Positions 63,171 through 64,000 of a DNA stretch of 64,000 nucleotides are shown piece after piece. The notes under the pieces are model-generated. The model was not told the DNA's origin and did not search any database. It was given only the letters and a program-made list of their open reading frames with translations. The translations under genes and the position numbers were made by a program. How positions within the stretch are numbered: position 1 is the first letter of the stretch; every line of letters starts with the position of its first letter. Source of the DNA: Octopus sinensis (Eukaryota); NCBI RefSeq assembly GCF_006345805.1, contig NC_043011.1, positions 51,968,464-52,032,463 on the forward strand, in the 5' to 3' direction.

Positions 63171-64000
63171 TGTGTGTGTGAAAGAGAGATTGGGTTTAGA
63201 TCTAGAGAAATAGCATTGGGCAGAGGATTGTCATGTTAATATACTATGTTAAACTCATTTCTACACTAACACAGTTCTGGTAATGGTTCTTTGCGGCTTT
63301 ACTTTCTATCAGTTAATAAATATAGGGAATTGTGTAATTTTGTGTCTTTCAACTAAAAACAAAAGTGGAGCTGTGACAGGTGGTCTTGGTGATGGTGTCT
63401 ATAGAGGTTTCAGCTGTGCTGACGGTTATGTTGAATCCCAGGACAGCCCTGACCAAACAGATTTATTATCAAAGGCATACCAGCCATAATCATCCCATCC
63501 TTTCACACATCAGAGACTACATTGTCCAATATGTCCTTCATTCTTTTTGAAGACAGTAAGGTGTGATTTCAGTGAATTTTGGTTGCTATTCCTAGGAGAT
63601 CAAGCAACCATGCAGAAGCACTTTTATTGGCTCAGTGATGTGACTGACGACTGTAATGACTTTTGTAATGAGAATAATGATGATGATCGTGATGATAGAG
63701 GCAGTGTATGTATGTATGTATGTGTTGAAAGGTGGGAAGATGAACACTGGAGATGATACAACCATCTGTACAGTTATATCTGGTAACTGTAATGGAAGTA
63801 TTATAGTAACATACTTGGGTTAGTCAACCAAAATTTTGTTTTGTGTGTGTCTGTGCAATTAGACTGTTTTTCCTCGATTCTTGTTTACATAATAGCATGT
63901 TTCATGAATATATTTCTAATTGAATTTATGGGGTGTTCCTAATTAAAGTATCTCATCTACTATGTGGGATGAAACTGGCTCCTCTGTTCTACTCTAAAAT

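Overview
A eukaryotic, repeat-saturated genomic window with no prokaryotic features. The SINE and MITE families and the microsatellite load resemble an octopod cephalopod (recognised from memory, not verified). The only host gene I can support is VPS41 (HOPS tethering subunit) on the + strand. Sixteen GT-AG exons from 27537 to 62953 splice phase-consistently into one open frame of 1678 nt, covering the WD40 propeller region to the clathrin-heavy-chain-repeat region. The N-terminal exons were not found in 1-27536 and the C-terminal exons lie beyond the window. The rest is transposon debris: tRNA-derived SINEs (labelled families A, B, D here), a modular non-tRNA retroposon (family C), LINE fragments (CR1-like, Tx1-like, RTE, R4/Dong, HERO), a Penelope GIY-YIG fragment, mariner, Tc1, hAT and piggyBac-like elements, plus micro- and minisatellites. 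Nearly all ORFs in the supplied track are microsatellite or repeat artefacts. The most interesting signals are (1) a cluster of minimal, dimer-type hammerhead-ribozyme folds with non-canonical cores at 20.7-21.9 kb, (2) a HERO LINE fragment abutting a VPS41 splice acceptor, (3) a nest of (TAA)n-associated R4/Dong fragments, and (4) several foldback or inverted repeats that should form intronic dsRNA.
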